Below, piece after piece: positions 10,528 to 20,219 of a DNA stretch of 64,000 nucleotides (position 1 is its first letter; each line of letters begins with the position of its first letter). The stretch is from Verrucomicrobiota bacterium. GTDB taxonomy: Bacteria > Verrucomicrobiota > Verrucomicrobiia > Limisphaerales > UBA1100. Under the pieces are notes generated by a model that saw nothing but the letters and a program-made list of their open reading frames with translations, was not told the DNA's origin and made no database searches. The position numbers were made by a program, and so were the translations under genes. The stretch covers positions 1,515 to 65,514 of the forward strand of contig JAOLZA010000002.1 in the NCBI GenBank assembly GCA_028343615.1, in the 5' to 3' direction.

Positions 10528-11163
10528 TCAATCAACCCGCCACACCCGCAAATCATCCACTGCAATCGGTGTCCCTGAAAATGGTTGGCCCCAAACGGTG
10601 GCGCGGCCGGCGAGTGGCTCCACACTTTCTGTCCAAAAGAGCTGCCACTCTTTCGGCTCCAATTCACTATTGTGCCATATCTTGGCCATCAGCCTCCATT
10701 TTAGACCCGGTAGTGACTGAATTTGTAAAGTCATGTGTGTCCAGTTTCCGGGCACCCATGTATGATTTATTTCGTGCACAAGCACATCATTTCGAAAAAG
10801 TTTCAACTTTTTTTGGCCAGGACTCACCATCACGCGGAAACCGCTGATGCCATTGAGTCCCAAACCAAATTCAGGAAACTGTCGCCTCTTCGACTCAGCC
10901 CGAAACCGCGCGTCTACTCGTAGGTTATCGAGTAACGCCGGGCCAAACATCACCCCGTGCAATTGCAACGGCTCGGCCGGCAAACGTAGTGCACCGTCAA
11001 CGACAGTGACTTCGCCGTTGAGTTCAATCCAGCTTTTAGGCAATGCGGTGGACTGAAAATTTGCCCGCACCAGCGGAGTTAAATTGGCATCCGTGCGCGG
11101 CTGCGGCATCACGCAGGCGGAGAGCAGCAAGGCAAGCAAAGGCAAAAAAATCCAACGCGTCAT
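10528..11163 (-). CDS. Hypothetical lipoprotein, probable concanavalin/DUF1080-like beta-sandwich
   Basis: Lipobox LSAC after MTRWIFLPLLALL; beta-rich sequence ending AVDDLRV. Confidence 0.7.
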   Translation of the reverse strand: MTRWIFLPLLALLLSACVMPQPRTDANLTPLVRANFQSTALPKSWIELNGEVTVVDGALRLPAEPLQLHGVMFGPALLDNLRVDARFRAESKRRQFPEFGLGLNGISGFRVMVSPGQKKLKLFRNDVLVHEINHTWVPGNWTHMTLQIQSLPGLKWRLMAKIWHNSELEPKEWQLFWTESVEPLAGRATVWGQPFSGTPIAVDDLRVWRVD

Positions 11164-11169
11164 GGCCGG

Positions 11170-11198
11170 AGTGTAGTCGCCCATTACTCGTTGCGCAA
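11170..11198 (-). promoter_or_regulatory. Sigma70-like leaderless promoter for the lipoprotein gene, overlapping the permease 3' end
   Basis: Minus strand TTGCGC-17 nt-TACACT-6 nt-ATG(11163). Confidence 0.55.
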
Positions 11199-14100
11199 TG
11201 CCGGCAATAATTTTCCACGCAGGGCGGCCACGGCGGCGAGCCATGTCCAAAGCAGTCCACTAAGCAAAATGCCGCCCACCGTCCACGCAAGCAATTTCAG
11301 TGGCATCCCTTGGCCGGGGTTGCTGAGCGCCGGCCAAATCGCGACGGCCGCACTGATGATACCGCCAACCAAGCCCAGAACCAACAGCCCACCGTGCTCG
11401 GCCAGCACCAGCCAATGCAGTGCGGGTTTTCGGAAGCCCACCGCCGTAAGCAACGCCAGTTCGCCGCGTCGTTCAAGCACGTTACGCAACACCACTACGC
11501 CGAGGCCCACACTTCCAAGCAGCAGCGCTAGGCCACCGAGCGCTTGGAAGATGTCGAGGTACGTGTTTTGTACTTGGCTGAACTCCGCCAGTCGTCGCGT
11601 GGCGGGCGTCAGCTCGAGGGCGTAATCCTCAAGCGTGTATTTTAAATGTTCCCGCGCTTCCCACATGGCAAATTCGATTGGACATTCGTCCTGAAACCCT
11701 TGCTTTAACTTTGCATATGTATTGCCATCAACTTTACCCTTCTTATTCGCATCTTCAAGTTCATCGATTTTTTCAAGCACGCTGATGTCACCCGCATTAT
11801 TCGGCCAATCAATCAGAAACACACGATACCCGCTGGCGGAGGGGAAGTGTTTCACGAATTGTTTTTCGGAAATGATGAGATCGCCCTGCAGCACGGAGTT
11901 GGCAAGGAATCCGGCGATGCGGATTTTGAAAGTACCCCCGGATTCATTGGGGTAATCGATGACATCGCCCACCTTCACGTGCAGCATCCACATGCCGGTG
12001 TTCATATCCACCACAGCCGGCACAGCATCGCCTTCAGATGTATTAAGCACTTCCCAGCCCGTGCCTTCGGCGAAGGTGAACGCCTTTTTCTCCTCCAGTG
12101 ATTTTGGATTCACCCCGAGCAATCGAGGTTCGCGGGTTTGATTGAGGTTCAGGCAACTCGCATCATCGCCCGCGCGCACCCGAAACTGCACAAGGCTCTT
12201 AGCGGGAATCTTATCGCCATCAAGCACCATTTCCTCGCGGCCTTTTTTGGTGTTCAAATCATACAACACCGGAACATCGCTCTGGCCAAAGTAAGCAAAC
12301 CCCCCGGTGCCACTCCAGCGCTGCCCTGCGCCTTCGTTGGGATCCAACCGGAACGCACCCACCGCAATCAGTAAGAACACCCCGCACGCCAGCAGTCCAA
12401 TGCAGGCAAGGCTGCGCCCGCGCCGACGCGCGCTACCGCGCCAACCCATCACGCTCAGCGAGGCAAAAGATGCGCCGCCGCCCGTCGCAAGTTTGGCTAA
12501 CCACACGTGGCACACGCACAGGAAACTGACAAGCAGCAGTATCCCCGCGCCAAAAAATCCACCCGCCTTCATTTGCCCATGCGCATCTTTCATCGCAAAC
12601 CCAAGCGCAATCGCGCCCACGGCACAAATGAGCGCGGTCAAGAGCGCCTTGAGTCCCGCCTTGGTCGTAGCGAGGGGAGCCGTTTGGCCTTGAATGAGCG
12701 CGATGGCATTGGCGCGGCTGAACTTGCGGACAGTCAGCCAAATGGTGAACAACGCCACGAACAAACCGCCAAGCACGCCGTACAGCACCGTGAACGGTTC
12801 GGCGTGGTACACAATGTTGCCGTTGCCGATGGCGCCGCCCCAATCCGAATTGAGGAGGCTAACAAGTGACCGTGTGTACGCTAACCCTGCCCAACCGCCG
12901 AGCAACGCACCGAGCAATGCGAGCACGAAGCCTTCGGCGAGGAGTAGGTTGCGAATCGTTTTACCGGTGAAACCAATGGCAAGCAGCGTGCCGATTTGGG
13001 GCGCGCGCTGTTCCACTCCGAAGACGAAAAGGAGGCCCATCAAAATGAGCGCGGCGAGCACGAGGAAAAAACTGAGCCCAATAAACAGCCCTCCGAAATC
13101 GCTGGCGGATTGGCCGGTGATCGCTTCGGTGCGCACATCGCGGAACACGAGGCCGATTAGTGCTGGATTGATTTTTTCTTTAAGCGAGAATTCGATTTGG
13201 GCGCGTTTCCTTTTGGCGGAAGCGAAACGCACCGTGGTGGCTTCCCCGTAGCGGTTGGCCCAAAGTTTTTGACCGGTAGCCAGCGCGACAAAGGCTTTTG
13301 GGGTGCCGCGATGTTGTTTCCAATATTCCTCGTCTTGGTCGCGGATGCGGCTGGAAACAACGCCGATACCGGGATTCCAGTCGCGCAGATTATCTTTGTC
13401 CACTATGCCGGGAAAGTTGGGCATTAACTCGCGCCAACCTGGCTCTTCCGTGGGCACGATACCGGTGACGGTGAAGGTGTGCGGGTGCTCTTCCAACTGC
13501 CGGTTGAGGCCGAGCACATAATAATTTACTTCAATTTTGTCACCGACTTTTGCTCCGAGGTCATCCTTGAGCCATTGGGTGATAAGCATCTCATCGCCTG
13601 TGGGTGTGTTCTTAAAAAATCCCTCGCTCACGCCGGCAATCATCGAATATGGAACGGCATTCGTGCCGATGCGAAATTCGTTGGCAATGTACGTGAGCGC
13701 CGTTTGGGAATCGTCAGTGGCTTTCAGCGTGTTGGCATCGAGAAAAATACGGTCGGTGCGAAGGTCGATGACGTTATCTTTCCCATTTTCAATTAGCATC
13801 AATTCTGCATCCGCCAATCGCCACTCCTTTTTTATTTTAGCATTGGCCGATCGCACCAATTCCTTCGTCGGTATCAGCCCACTCGCAAGCATGGCGTTGG
13901 CGCGGTTGGTCAGATCGGATTTTTTTTGCAGCCACGCAAGTGGTACGAAAACATTGAAGGGTGGCACGGCGTTGGGGCGCAGACTGAAGTTGGCTAACTC
14001 AGAATCCTCATCGGTTACTTTGGCGACAGTGAGCGTCAATCGCGCGGTGAGGTTTTCGGCCACCGAGAGTGGGGCATCGCGCGGGAGCACACTTGGCTTG

Positions 14101-14570
14101 GCAATGCGTAGGCTGAATTCATCGCCGGCCTTGAGTCCAAGCTGTGCGGCAAGGACCCGATTGATGAGGGCTTCGCCATCCTTCAAAGTTGGCGGTCGGA
14201 TTGATTTTAGCCGGGCGTGTCTCCAAAACGAATCGTCGATGCCTATGAGTTGGATTTGATTGGCGCGTTTTTTTGTGTCCGTGACATATCCGGCGGCGTT
14301 CAATTTGAGAATCGGAGCAAAATGCGTTTCGTCATCGAGATCTATGGCGTTTGCCAGGTCCGCACGAAAGAATCGATCGTGCTGCACAAGTGCAGCTTGG
14401 ATGTGGCCAAGGCGTTGTTCGGCTTGGTTTTGAAGCGTTCTCTTCACTGAATCGCCGATTACCAACGAACCGGTTAACACCGCGCCGGCCACGATGGCAC
14501 CGAGCAGCGTGCCCAAGTGCGAGCGTGCGTGATGCGTGAGGCTGTTGAAAATGAGTCGGCCGAAGGTCAT
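11184..14570 (-). CDS. Large duplicated FtsX/MacB-family ABC permease
   Basis: 1128 aa, two repeats each with EQRAPQIGTLLAIGF / ERRGELALLTAVGF motif and TM bundles. Confidence 0.92.
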   Translation of the reverse strand: MTFGRLIFNSLTHHARSHLGTLLGAIVAGAVLTGSLVIGDSVKRTLQNQAEQRLGHIQAALVQHDRFFRADLANAIDLDDETHFAPILKLNAAGYVTDTKKRANQIQLIGIDDSFWRHARLKSIRPPTLKDGEALINRVLAAQLGLKAGDEFSLRIAKPSVLPRDAPLSVAENLTARLTLTVAKVTDEDSELANFSLRPNAVPPFNVFVPLAWLQKKSDLTNRANAMLASGLIPTKELVRSANAKIKKEWRLADAELMLIENGKDNVIDLRTDRIFLDANTLKATDDSQTALTYIANEFRIGTNAVPYSMIAGVSEGFFKNTPTGDEMLITQWLKDDLGAKVGDKIEVNYYVLGLNRQLEEHPHTFTVTGIVPTEEPGWRELMPNFPGIVDKDNLRDWNPGIGVVSSRIRDQDEEYWKQHRGTPKAFVALATGQKLWANRYGEATTVRFASAKRKRAQIEFSLKEKINPALIGLVFRDVRTEAITGQSASDFGGLFIGLSFFLVLAALILMGLLFVFGVEQRAPQIGTLLAIGFTGKTIRNLLLAEGFVLALLGALLGGWAGLAYTRSLVSLLNSDWGGAIGNGNIVYHAEPFTVLYGVLGGLFVALFTIWLTVRKFSRANAIALIQGQTAPLATTKAGLKALLTALICAVGAIALGFAMKDAHGQMKAGGFFGAGILLLVSFLCVCHVWLAKLATGGGASFASLSVMGWRGSARRRGRSLACIGLLACGVFLLIAVGAFRLDPNEGAGQRWSGTGGFAYFGQSDVPVLYDLNTKKGREEMVLDGDKIPAKSLVQFRVRAGDDASCLNLNQTREPRLLGVNPKSLEEKKAFTFAEGTGWEVLNTSEGDAVPAVVDMNTGMWMLHVKVGDVIDYPNESGGTFKIRIAGFLANSVLQGDLIISEKQFVKHFPSASGYRVFLIDWPNNAGDISVLEKIDELEDANKKGKVDGNTYAKLKQGFQDECPIEFAMWEAREHLKYTLEDYALELTPATRRLAEFSQVQNTYLDIFQALGGLALLLGSVGLGVVVLRNVLERRGELALLTAVGFRKPALHWLVLAEHGGLLVLGLVGGIISAAVAIWPALSNPGQGMPLKLLAWTVGGILLSGLLWTWLAAVAALRGKLLPALRNE

Positions 14571-14654
14571 GCGATGAGAGGGGGATGTTCTGTCTTACTC
14601 CATTTCATTCGGGAGATTTGGGTCGAGGTGAAACTCGTCCCCCCCTTGGAGTTA

Positions 14655-15341
14655 TTAGGCAATCTGGCCATCTTTGAGTTCCACGGTGCGGGCCATTCGG
14701 CCGGCGAGTTTTGCGGAGTGGGTGACGGTGATAAGGGTGACGTTTTCCTCGGCGTTCAATTCCACGAGCAATTGACCGAGCTGGTCGGCGGTGGTTTGGT
14801 CGAGTGCGCCGGTGGGTTCATCGGCTAGCAGAAGTTGGGGTTTGTTGATGAGCGCGCGCACCACAGCCACGCGCTGGCGTTCGCCACCAGAGAGTTGGCT
14901 GGGCCGATGCGAAAGGCGTTCGCCGAGTCCCACACGATTGAGGAGGTGACGAGCGCGTTCTTCTTCTTCGTTGGTGGCACGTCCGTGGGCGAGCGTGGGC
15001 ACGAGCACGTTTTCGATCACCGTGCATTGCGGCAGCAGATGATGGTTTTGAAAAATAAATCCCATCTCGCGATTGCGCAGAAGGGCGAGTTCATCGTCAT
15101 TTAAAGCAATGAGGTCGCGCCCATCAAAAGCGATCGCGCCATCGGTCGGTTGGTCGAGGGTGCCGATGAGATTAAGCAACGTGCTCTTGCCGCAACCGGA
15201 GGGGCCAATGATGGCAATGGATTCACCGCGCGCCACGTCCATCGACAAGCTGCGCAACACCTCCAACGGCGTGCCGCCCTCGGTCGAGGGAAATTCGCGA
15301 GAAATATTTTTTAGCTGGAGCAAAGAAGTGGCGTTTGTCAT
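14655..15341 (-). CDS. ABC transporter ATP-binding protein (LolD-like)
   Basis: GPSGCGKST, LSGGERQRV, LADEPTGALD. Confidence 0.95.
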   Translation of the reverse strand: MTNATSLLQLKNISREFPSTEGGTPLEVLRSLSMDVARGESIAIIGPSGCGKSTLLNLIGTLDQPTDGAIAFDGRDLIALNDDELALLRNREMGFIFQNHHLLPQCTVIENVLVPTLAHGRATNEEEERARHLLNRVGLGERLSHRPSQLSGGERQRVAVVRALINKPQLLLADEPTGALDQTTADQLGQLLVELNAEENVTLITVTHSAKLAGRMARTVELKDGQIA

Positions 15342-15344
15342 GAG

Positions 15345-16613
15345 CTATTCTTTTATCCAGCGGTTGGCTTTGAGTTCGAAGCGCGGGAGGGATTCGGGAG
15401 GCACGGTTTCAACGGGGACACGAAGGTTGAGTTGGGTGCGAATGGTTTCGATTATTTGTTCACCGAGTGTTTTTGGGTCGGTGTCGGGTCGAGGTTCGAT
15501 ACGGAGGCGCAGTTCGGCCATTTCGGTTTTTTTAGAAATGATTACTTGGTATTCGGCAATGGCTTCGAAGGGGCGGAGGATGTGTTCAAAGGCACTGGGA
15601 TAAATATTGACACCTCGGATGATGACCATATCGTCCGCGCGGCCAAGGATGCCACCGCGAAGGATGATGGCGTCGCGGTGGGTCTCGGGGCGCCCGAGGT
15701 CACCGGTGCGGTAGCGGATCAAGGGCATCGCAGTGCGGGTGAGGGTGGTGAGGATGAGTTCGCCTTCCTCGCCGTCGGCGACAGGTTGGTCGGTTTCGGG
15801 GTGAATAATTTCGGCGAAGTAGGCGGCGTCGATGATTTGCAGATTATTTTTTTCGTGCGGCCACTCGTGGGTGACGGGGCCAACTTCAGTCATTCCATGA
15901 TGATCGAAAACTTTTGCGTTGGGCCAAGCGTTCTCGATGCGTTCGCGCGTAGCGGGGATGCTGCCGCCCGGCTCGCCGGCGACGATGATGGTTTTGAGTT
16001 TAGCGCGCGAAAGGTCGATGTCTTCAAGTTTTGCAACTTCCGCCAAACGCAGTGCGTAAGTGGGGGTGCAGCAAAGGAGGGTGACTTCGTTTTCTAACAG
16101 GATGCGCAGGCGCGTGGTGCTGGTGAGGCCGCCACCAGGAAAGCAAAGGCAACCCATTTGCGTGGCGGCTTCGTAGGCCATCCAAAATCCAATGAAGGGG
16201 CCAAAAGAAAATGCGAACAGCGCGCGATCGGTCGGTGAGACGCCGGCCGCACGATAAACCATTTGCCAACTTTCGAGCATACTTTGCCAGCTCTCGGGCG
16301 TGTCGAGCCAGCGGAGGGGTTGTCCGGTGGTGCCGCTGGTTTGGTGGATGCGATTGTATTGATCGATCGGGAAAGAAAGATTCGTGCCGTAGGGAGCGTG
16401 GGCGGTTTGATCTGCGACGAGTTCGTCTTTGGTGGTGAAGGGACAGTGCTCGGCGAAGTCATCGAGGCTGGCAATAGAGTCATTGATGCCCGCCGCGTTC
16501 AGTTTGTTTTCGTAAAACGCATTGGCGGGGCGTACCGCACGAATGAGGGAGCGGAGTTGCTCAAGCTGTTGGGCGCGGATAGTTTCCCGACCGGTTGAAG
16601 GCGCATCGGCCAT
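15345..16613 (-). CDS. Phenylacetate-CoA ligase family (aryl-CoA ligase)
   Basis: TSGTTGQP, HHGMTEVG, RYRTGD, GRADDMVIIRGVNIYP motifs of the PaaK family; start MADAPST. Confidence 0.9.
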   Translation of the reverse strand: MADAPSTGRETIRAQQLEQLRSLIRAVRPANAFYENKLNAAGINDSIASLDDFAEHCPFTTKDELVADQTAHAPYGTNLSFPIDQYNRIHQTSGTTGQPLRWLDTPESWQSMLESWQMVYRAAGVSPTDRALFAFSFGPFIGFWMAYEAATQMGCLCFPGGGLTSTTRLRILLENEVTLLCCTPTYALRLAEVAKLEDIDLSRAKLKTIIVAGEPGGSIPATRERIENAWPNAKVFDHHGMTEVGPVTHEWPHEKNNLQIIDAAYFAEIIHPETDQPVADGEEGELILTTLTRTAMPLIRYRTGDLGRPETHRDAIILRGGILGRADDMVIIRGVNIYPSAFEHILRPFEAIAEYQVIISKKTEMAELRLRIEPRPDTDPKTLGEQIIETIRTQLNLRVPVETVPPESLPRFELKANRWIKE

Positions 16614-16617
16614 GAAA

Positions 16618-17172
16618 TTATTTGGCTTCCCCGCCCTCTTCTGGGGCGATTTGCGTGGTGGGCTTGGTGTCCGCTCCCGTGTTTGAGGGTGCGTATTTTG
16701 CGACCAAGAATGCCCCGCCTGCGGCAAGCAGGCAGCCCACGATGAACAGCGGCGGCAATGACTTGAGGCCGTCCTTGGGCGGATGCAGCGCCATGGCGGT
16801 GACGGTGTTGACCAAGGGTGCGCCGGCAAACACAATCGGCATCACCGCTGCAGCGGCTGCTGCAGCAAAGATTGGCGAGGCTTTGCCTAGCGAAAGCACT
16901 AATGCAAACGCGCCGATCGCGCCGGCGATGCCCGCCACGAGGCTCCAAGTCACGCCGCCACCGGTTAAGCTCCAGTCAGAGCCGCGCATTTTGATGACCA
17001 CCGCCGCGACAACCCCGATGATGGCGTACGCGATGCAGACGAACAGAAACGCCTTGAGGCTCGCGTGCGGCGCTTCAGAGCCCATCGGCATTTCGCCGCG
17101 CGCCTTGTGAAGAATCACGCCGTAAATTCCCCAAGAAAAAACGGTGAGTAAAGCCCAGTAAAGCCAGGTCAT
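16618..17172 (-). CDS. Small integral membrane protein, EamA/DMT-like
   Basis: About five hydrophobic helices; VMPIVFAGAPLVN; alternative start 17199. Confidence 0.75.
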   Translation of the reverse strand: MTWLYWALLTVFSWGIYGVILHKARGEMPMGSEAPHASLKAFLFVCIAYAIIGVVAAVVIKMRGSDWSLTGGGVTWSLVAGIAGAIGAFALVLSLGKASPIFAAAAAAAVMPIVFAGAPLVNTVTAMALHPPKDGLKSLPPLFIVGCLLAAGGAFLVAKYAPSNTGADTKPTTQIAPEEGGEAK

Positions 17173-17241
17173 GCTGGTGGTGGATGTTTGTACGACCATA
17201 ATATTTGTGATGTTAGTTTTTGGGTTAAGTTGCTTTAAACA

Positions 17242-17673
17242 TTAATCGGTCAATTTATCCGCCGGTGCGGACTCAATGAGGTTGGCAATTTCAGGTGGGA
17301 TGGTGATGGCTTTCATTTCTCCGGTTTCTGTGCGGTGCACGCAGACGACTGTGAATCCGCCACACGCGACTTCCTTGCCGTCGACACGAAAACAAAATTG
17401 ATAAGTGATGGATTTGCTAGTCTTTGCGCTGACGAGTAAATGAATTCCCACTTCATCTTCAAATTTCAGTGGTTTTTTGAAATCGCAATGGCTGTTTACG
17501 CGCGGCCAGCCGATATCGAGGTCGTGATCTACAATCGACCGCCCAAGCGAGCGGAAGAATGCGTGTTCAGCGTATTCCATATATCGATAAAAATTCGCGA
17601 AATGAACAATGCCGGCCGCATCGGTTTCGCTGAATTCAACGCGGCGAGTGATGGTGAATTCGTGCTGTGCCAT
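17242..17673 (-). CDS. Acyl-CoA thioesterase (4-hydroxybenzoyl-CoA thioesterase/YbgC hotdog family)
   Basis: RVEFSETDAAGIVHFANFYRYME signature. Confidence 0.92.
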   Translation of the reverse strand: MAQHEFTITRRVEFSETDAAGIVHFANFYRYMEYAEHAFFRSLGRSIVDHDLDIGWPRVNSHCDFKKPLKFEDEVGIHLLVSAKTSKSITYQFCFRVDGKEVACGGFTVVCVHRTETGEMKAITIPPEIANLIESAPADKLTD

Positions 17674-18966
17674 TTATACCTTTGTGGTTAATTTAACGAA
17701 CAACGCGGCCATCTCGGTGGCCATTCGATCAATGGAAAATTGGTTGCGCACGACCTCTCGCGCCTTGAGGCCGATGGCTTTGGCTTTGGTTGGATTGTGC
17801 AGCATTTTTTCGATGGCGGCGGCGAGGTTTTCTGGCTCGTCGTGTTTATAGCACACGCCGCCGCTGGTGGCTTCCACCAATTCCGGAAACGACGCGCACT
17901 GCGGCTGTACCACCGGCACGCCCGCGGCCATCGCCTCGATGATATAAAACCCAAACGACTCACCAAACTGCGCGGGCACGGACAGTACGGAAAGCGATTT
18001 CAAAAAATCCTGTTTCGCCGCGCGGGTGAGGTTGGGGTGGAGCTCCACATCGCCCAATAACGCTTTCGCGTGCAGTCGCGCGCGCATCTTCTCAACGAAG
18101 GGCTCGTCCATCGGCCGGCAGCCGCCGCCAATTTTCAGGCGTAGTTGTGGAATGGAATTACTGGTCTTGAGCTTGATGAAGGCGTCTATGAGCGTGTCGA
18201 GGCCTTTGTCTTTGCACAGTCGGGCGAAGAAACCGAGGACCGGCGGATTCGGTGCCACGGGTTCGGCGGTATAGCCGGCGTGGCTGATACCGTTGTGGAT
18301 TACGTGCACGCGATCGTCGGTCAAGTTCAGTTTACTGCGCATCAGTGCCGCGTAAAATTCGCTGGGCGCAATGAAGCATTCCACCTCGGCCGCGCGTTCG
18401 GTCATCAATTCCCAAACCGACCGGCGCAAGCCCTCCGCCATGTTGTCGATGTACGGTGCTTCATTTTGCAGTAGGCAAACCACTGGCGCACCGAGCGCTT
18501 CTTTGAGCTGCCGCGCCAGTCCGAGCAGCATCGAATTGGAAAGGCAAATGACGTCCGGCGTCGGCTGGGTTTTCAGCCAGTCGATGAGCTGCGTCAACTC
18601 GCGCGCTTGATGGCCGTCTTCGCCGCGCAGCATCGAGAGAGTGATTTCGCCGACGTCCTCGGCATTCGTTTTCCCCATTTTACTGGCGGCCAAATGCAGG
18701 AGGCGTTCCGACCCCACCAGGCGATGCACCCAATTAGGTGCGTTGCGATAGAACGGCGACTTCTGTTCTAAATAAACATTCACGCCATTATAAAAAATCG
18801 GCGAGCCATCCGATTGGTTTTCCTCATCTAACATCATTGGGAGGTACAGCGGAACCATCGTTACCTCATGTCCGTCTTTACGCAAAGTCGCCACTAGAGC
18901 GTTATCACGGAAACAGTTTCCGCAATACATATTGCCCGCACCGGGGGTGATTTGGAGAATGTTCAC
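17674..18966 (-). CDS. Glycosyltransferase family 4 (GT-B)
   Basis: VIHNGI, KDKGLDTLIDAF, ESFGFYIIEAMAAGVPVV; GTG start overlapping upstream TGA (GTGA); N-terminal YCGNC motif. Confidence 0.92.
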   Translation of the reverse strand: MNILQITPGAGNMYCGNCFRDNALVATLRKDGHEVTMVPLYLPMMLDEENQSDGSPIFYNGVNVYLEQKSPFYRNAPNWVHRLVGSERLLHLAASKMGKTNAEDVGEITLSMLRGEDGHQARELTQLIDWLKTQPTPDVICLSNSMLLGLARQLKEALGAPVVCLLQNEAPYIDNMAEGLRRSVWELMTERAAEVECFIAPSEFYAALMRSKLNLTDDRVHVIHNGISHAGYTAEPVAPNPPVLGFFARLCKDKGLDTLIDAFIKLKTSNSIPQLRLKIGGGCRPMDEPFVEKMRARLHAKALLGDVELHPNLTRAAKQDFLKSLSVLSVPAQFGESFGFYIIEAMAAGVPVVQPQCASFPELVEATSGGVCYKHDEPENLAAAIEKMLHNPTKAKAIGLKAREVVRNQFSIDRMATEMAALFVKLTTKV

Positions 18967-20216
18967 GGGAGAGGTTCGCCTAGAGGCAGGGAATCTGGAA
19001 CGGGACAAAAATCTTCGATGCATTTGAACATTTTTGAAAAATCTTTATTCACGTCACCCGATAAGCAATCGGTGACATCACTGGCGATGTCGGGGTGTTT
19101 TTTGACCAGTTCGCCGAAGCTGAAATTTTCGTTGTAGAAGGCGTAGCAAAGTTTGCGCATGTTTTCGATGCCTTCGCGGAGGTGGGTGGCGTATTCGGTG
19201 AAGCGTTCCGGGGAAAGGTCGTTGGCTTCGAAGGCTTCGTGGGCGGCGTCGGCTGCCATCACGCCGCTCTTGAGGGCGAGCATGAGGCCGCTGGAAAATA
19301 CGGGGTCGAGGAAACAAAAGGCATCACCGAGCAGCAATAGGCCGTGCGTGCCGCAATGGCGTGAGTGGTGGGTGAATTCGTTTGTAATATAATAATCTCC
19401 GGATTGCGTTGCAGGTGCGAGGTTGTCTTTTACCCATTGATTATTTGCAATCTCGCGCTCAAGCATGGCTTTTGGATCGCGCACGCCGTCGCGGCTGAGG
19501 TATTTCCCCTCAGCCACCATGCCCACGCTGGTACGGTTGTCGTGCAGGGGGATCCACCAAAACCAGCCTTTTTCCGGAACAAACGCCACACCAGTCGCAC
19601 CTTCGTCGATGCCATTCTGCCGGACTGCACCTCGGTAATAGGTCCATACGGCTACTTTGTTAAGATATGGATCACGCTCACGCCAGCCGTTGCGTGTAGC
19701 GGTTAGCGCTTCCTTTCCGGTGGCGTCAAAGGTAAGTGGTGCTCGAAATTCCTGTTCCTTACCGGACTTCGTAACAGCGTGTACTCCAACCACTTTCTTG
19801 CCTTCCCAGATGAGTTTCTTAACTGTGATTTCTTCGATCACTTCCGCACCCTTTTCACGGGCGTTTTCCATCAGCATTTGATCGAACTCCGCGCGCATGA
19901 CCTGCCAAGTCTGGGCAACAGTATTGCGGTCATAACGATCGAAGAAATAAAAAGGCTGACTTGCCATGCCGTCGGGAGATACGAACTGTACGCTGAACTT
20001 TTTGACGAAGGCTGATTCCTTCAGTCGATCGATCATCCCCAGCCGCTTCAACGGCTGGTAGGTGAAGGGAATAAGTGATTCGCCGATGTGATAACGTGGG
20101 AATTTTTCACGTTCGAGCATTAGTACGCGGTGGCCATGCTCAGCCAGAATGGTGGCTGCCGAGCTGCCAGCAGGACCCGCGCCGATGATGAGGGCATCGT
20201 AAGTGTTAGTATCCAT
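18963..20216 (-). CDS. Flavin-dependent halogenase-like oxidoreductase
   Basis: GAGPAG FAD motif, FPRYHIGES, FVKK (candidate catalytic Lys), WFWWIP (WxWxIP), GDAFCFLDPVFSSG. Confidence 0.85.
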   Translation of the reverse strand: MDTNTYDALIIGAGPAGSSAATILAEHGHRVLMLEREKFPRYHIGESLIPFTYQPLKRLGMIDRLKESAFVKKFSVQFVSPDGMASQPFYFFDRYDRNTVAQTWQVMRAEFDQMLMENAREKGAEVIEEITVKKLIWEGKKVVGVHAVTKSGKEQEFRAPLTFDATGKEALTATRNGWRERDPYLNKVAVWTYYRGAVRQNGIDEGATGVAFVPEKGWFWWIPLHDNRTSVGMVAEGKYLSRDGVRDPKAMLEREIANNQWVKDNLAPATQSGDYYITNEFTHHSRHCGTHGLLLLGDAFCFLDPVFSSGLMLALKSGVMAADAAHEAFEANDLSPERFTEYATHLREGIENMRKLCYAFYNENFSFGELVKKHPDIASDVTDCLSGDVNKDFSKMFKCIEDFCPVPDSLPLGEPLP

Positions 20217-20219
20217 CCA

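Noticed and set aside
14575-14650. Possible attenuator/hairpin between ABC ATPase and permease (GGGGGA...TCCCCCCC)
   Set aside because: Stem is short with a long loop and no T tract; not enough support
15345-16613. paaK as part of phenylacetate catabolism
   Set aside because: No paaABCDE/paaZ genes nearby; context is biosynthetic, so only the family is assigned
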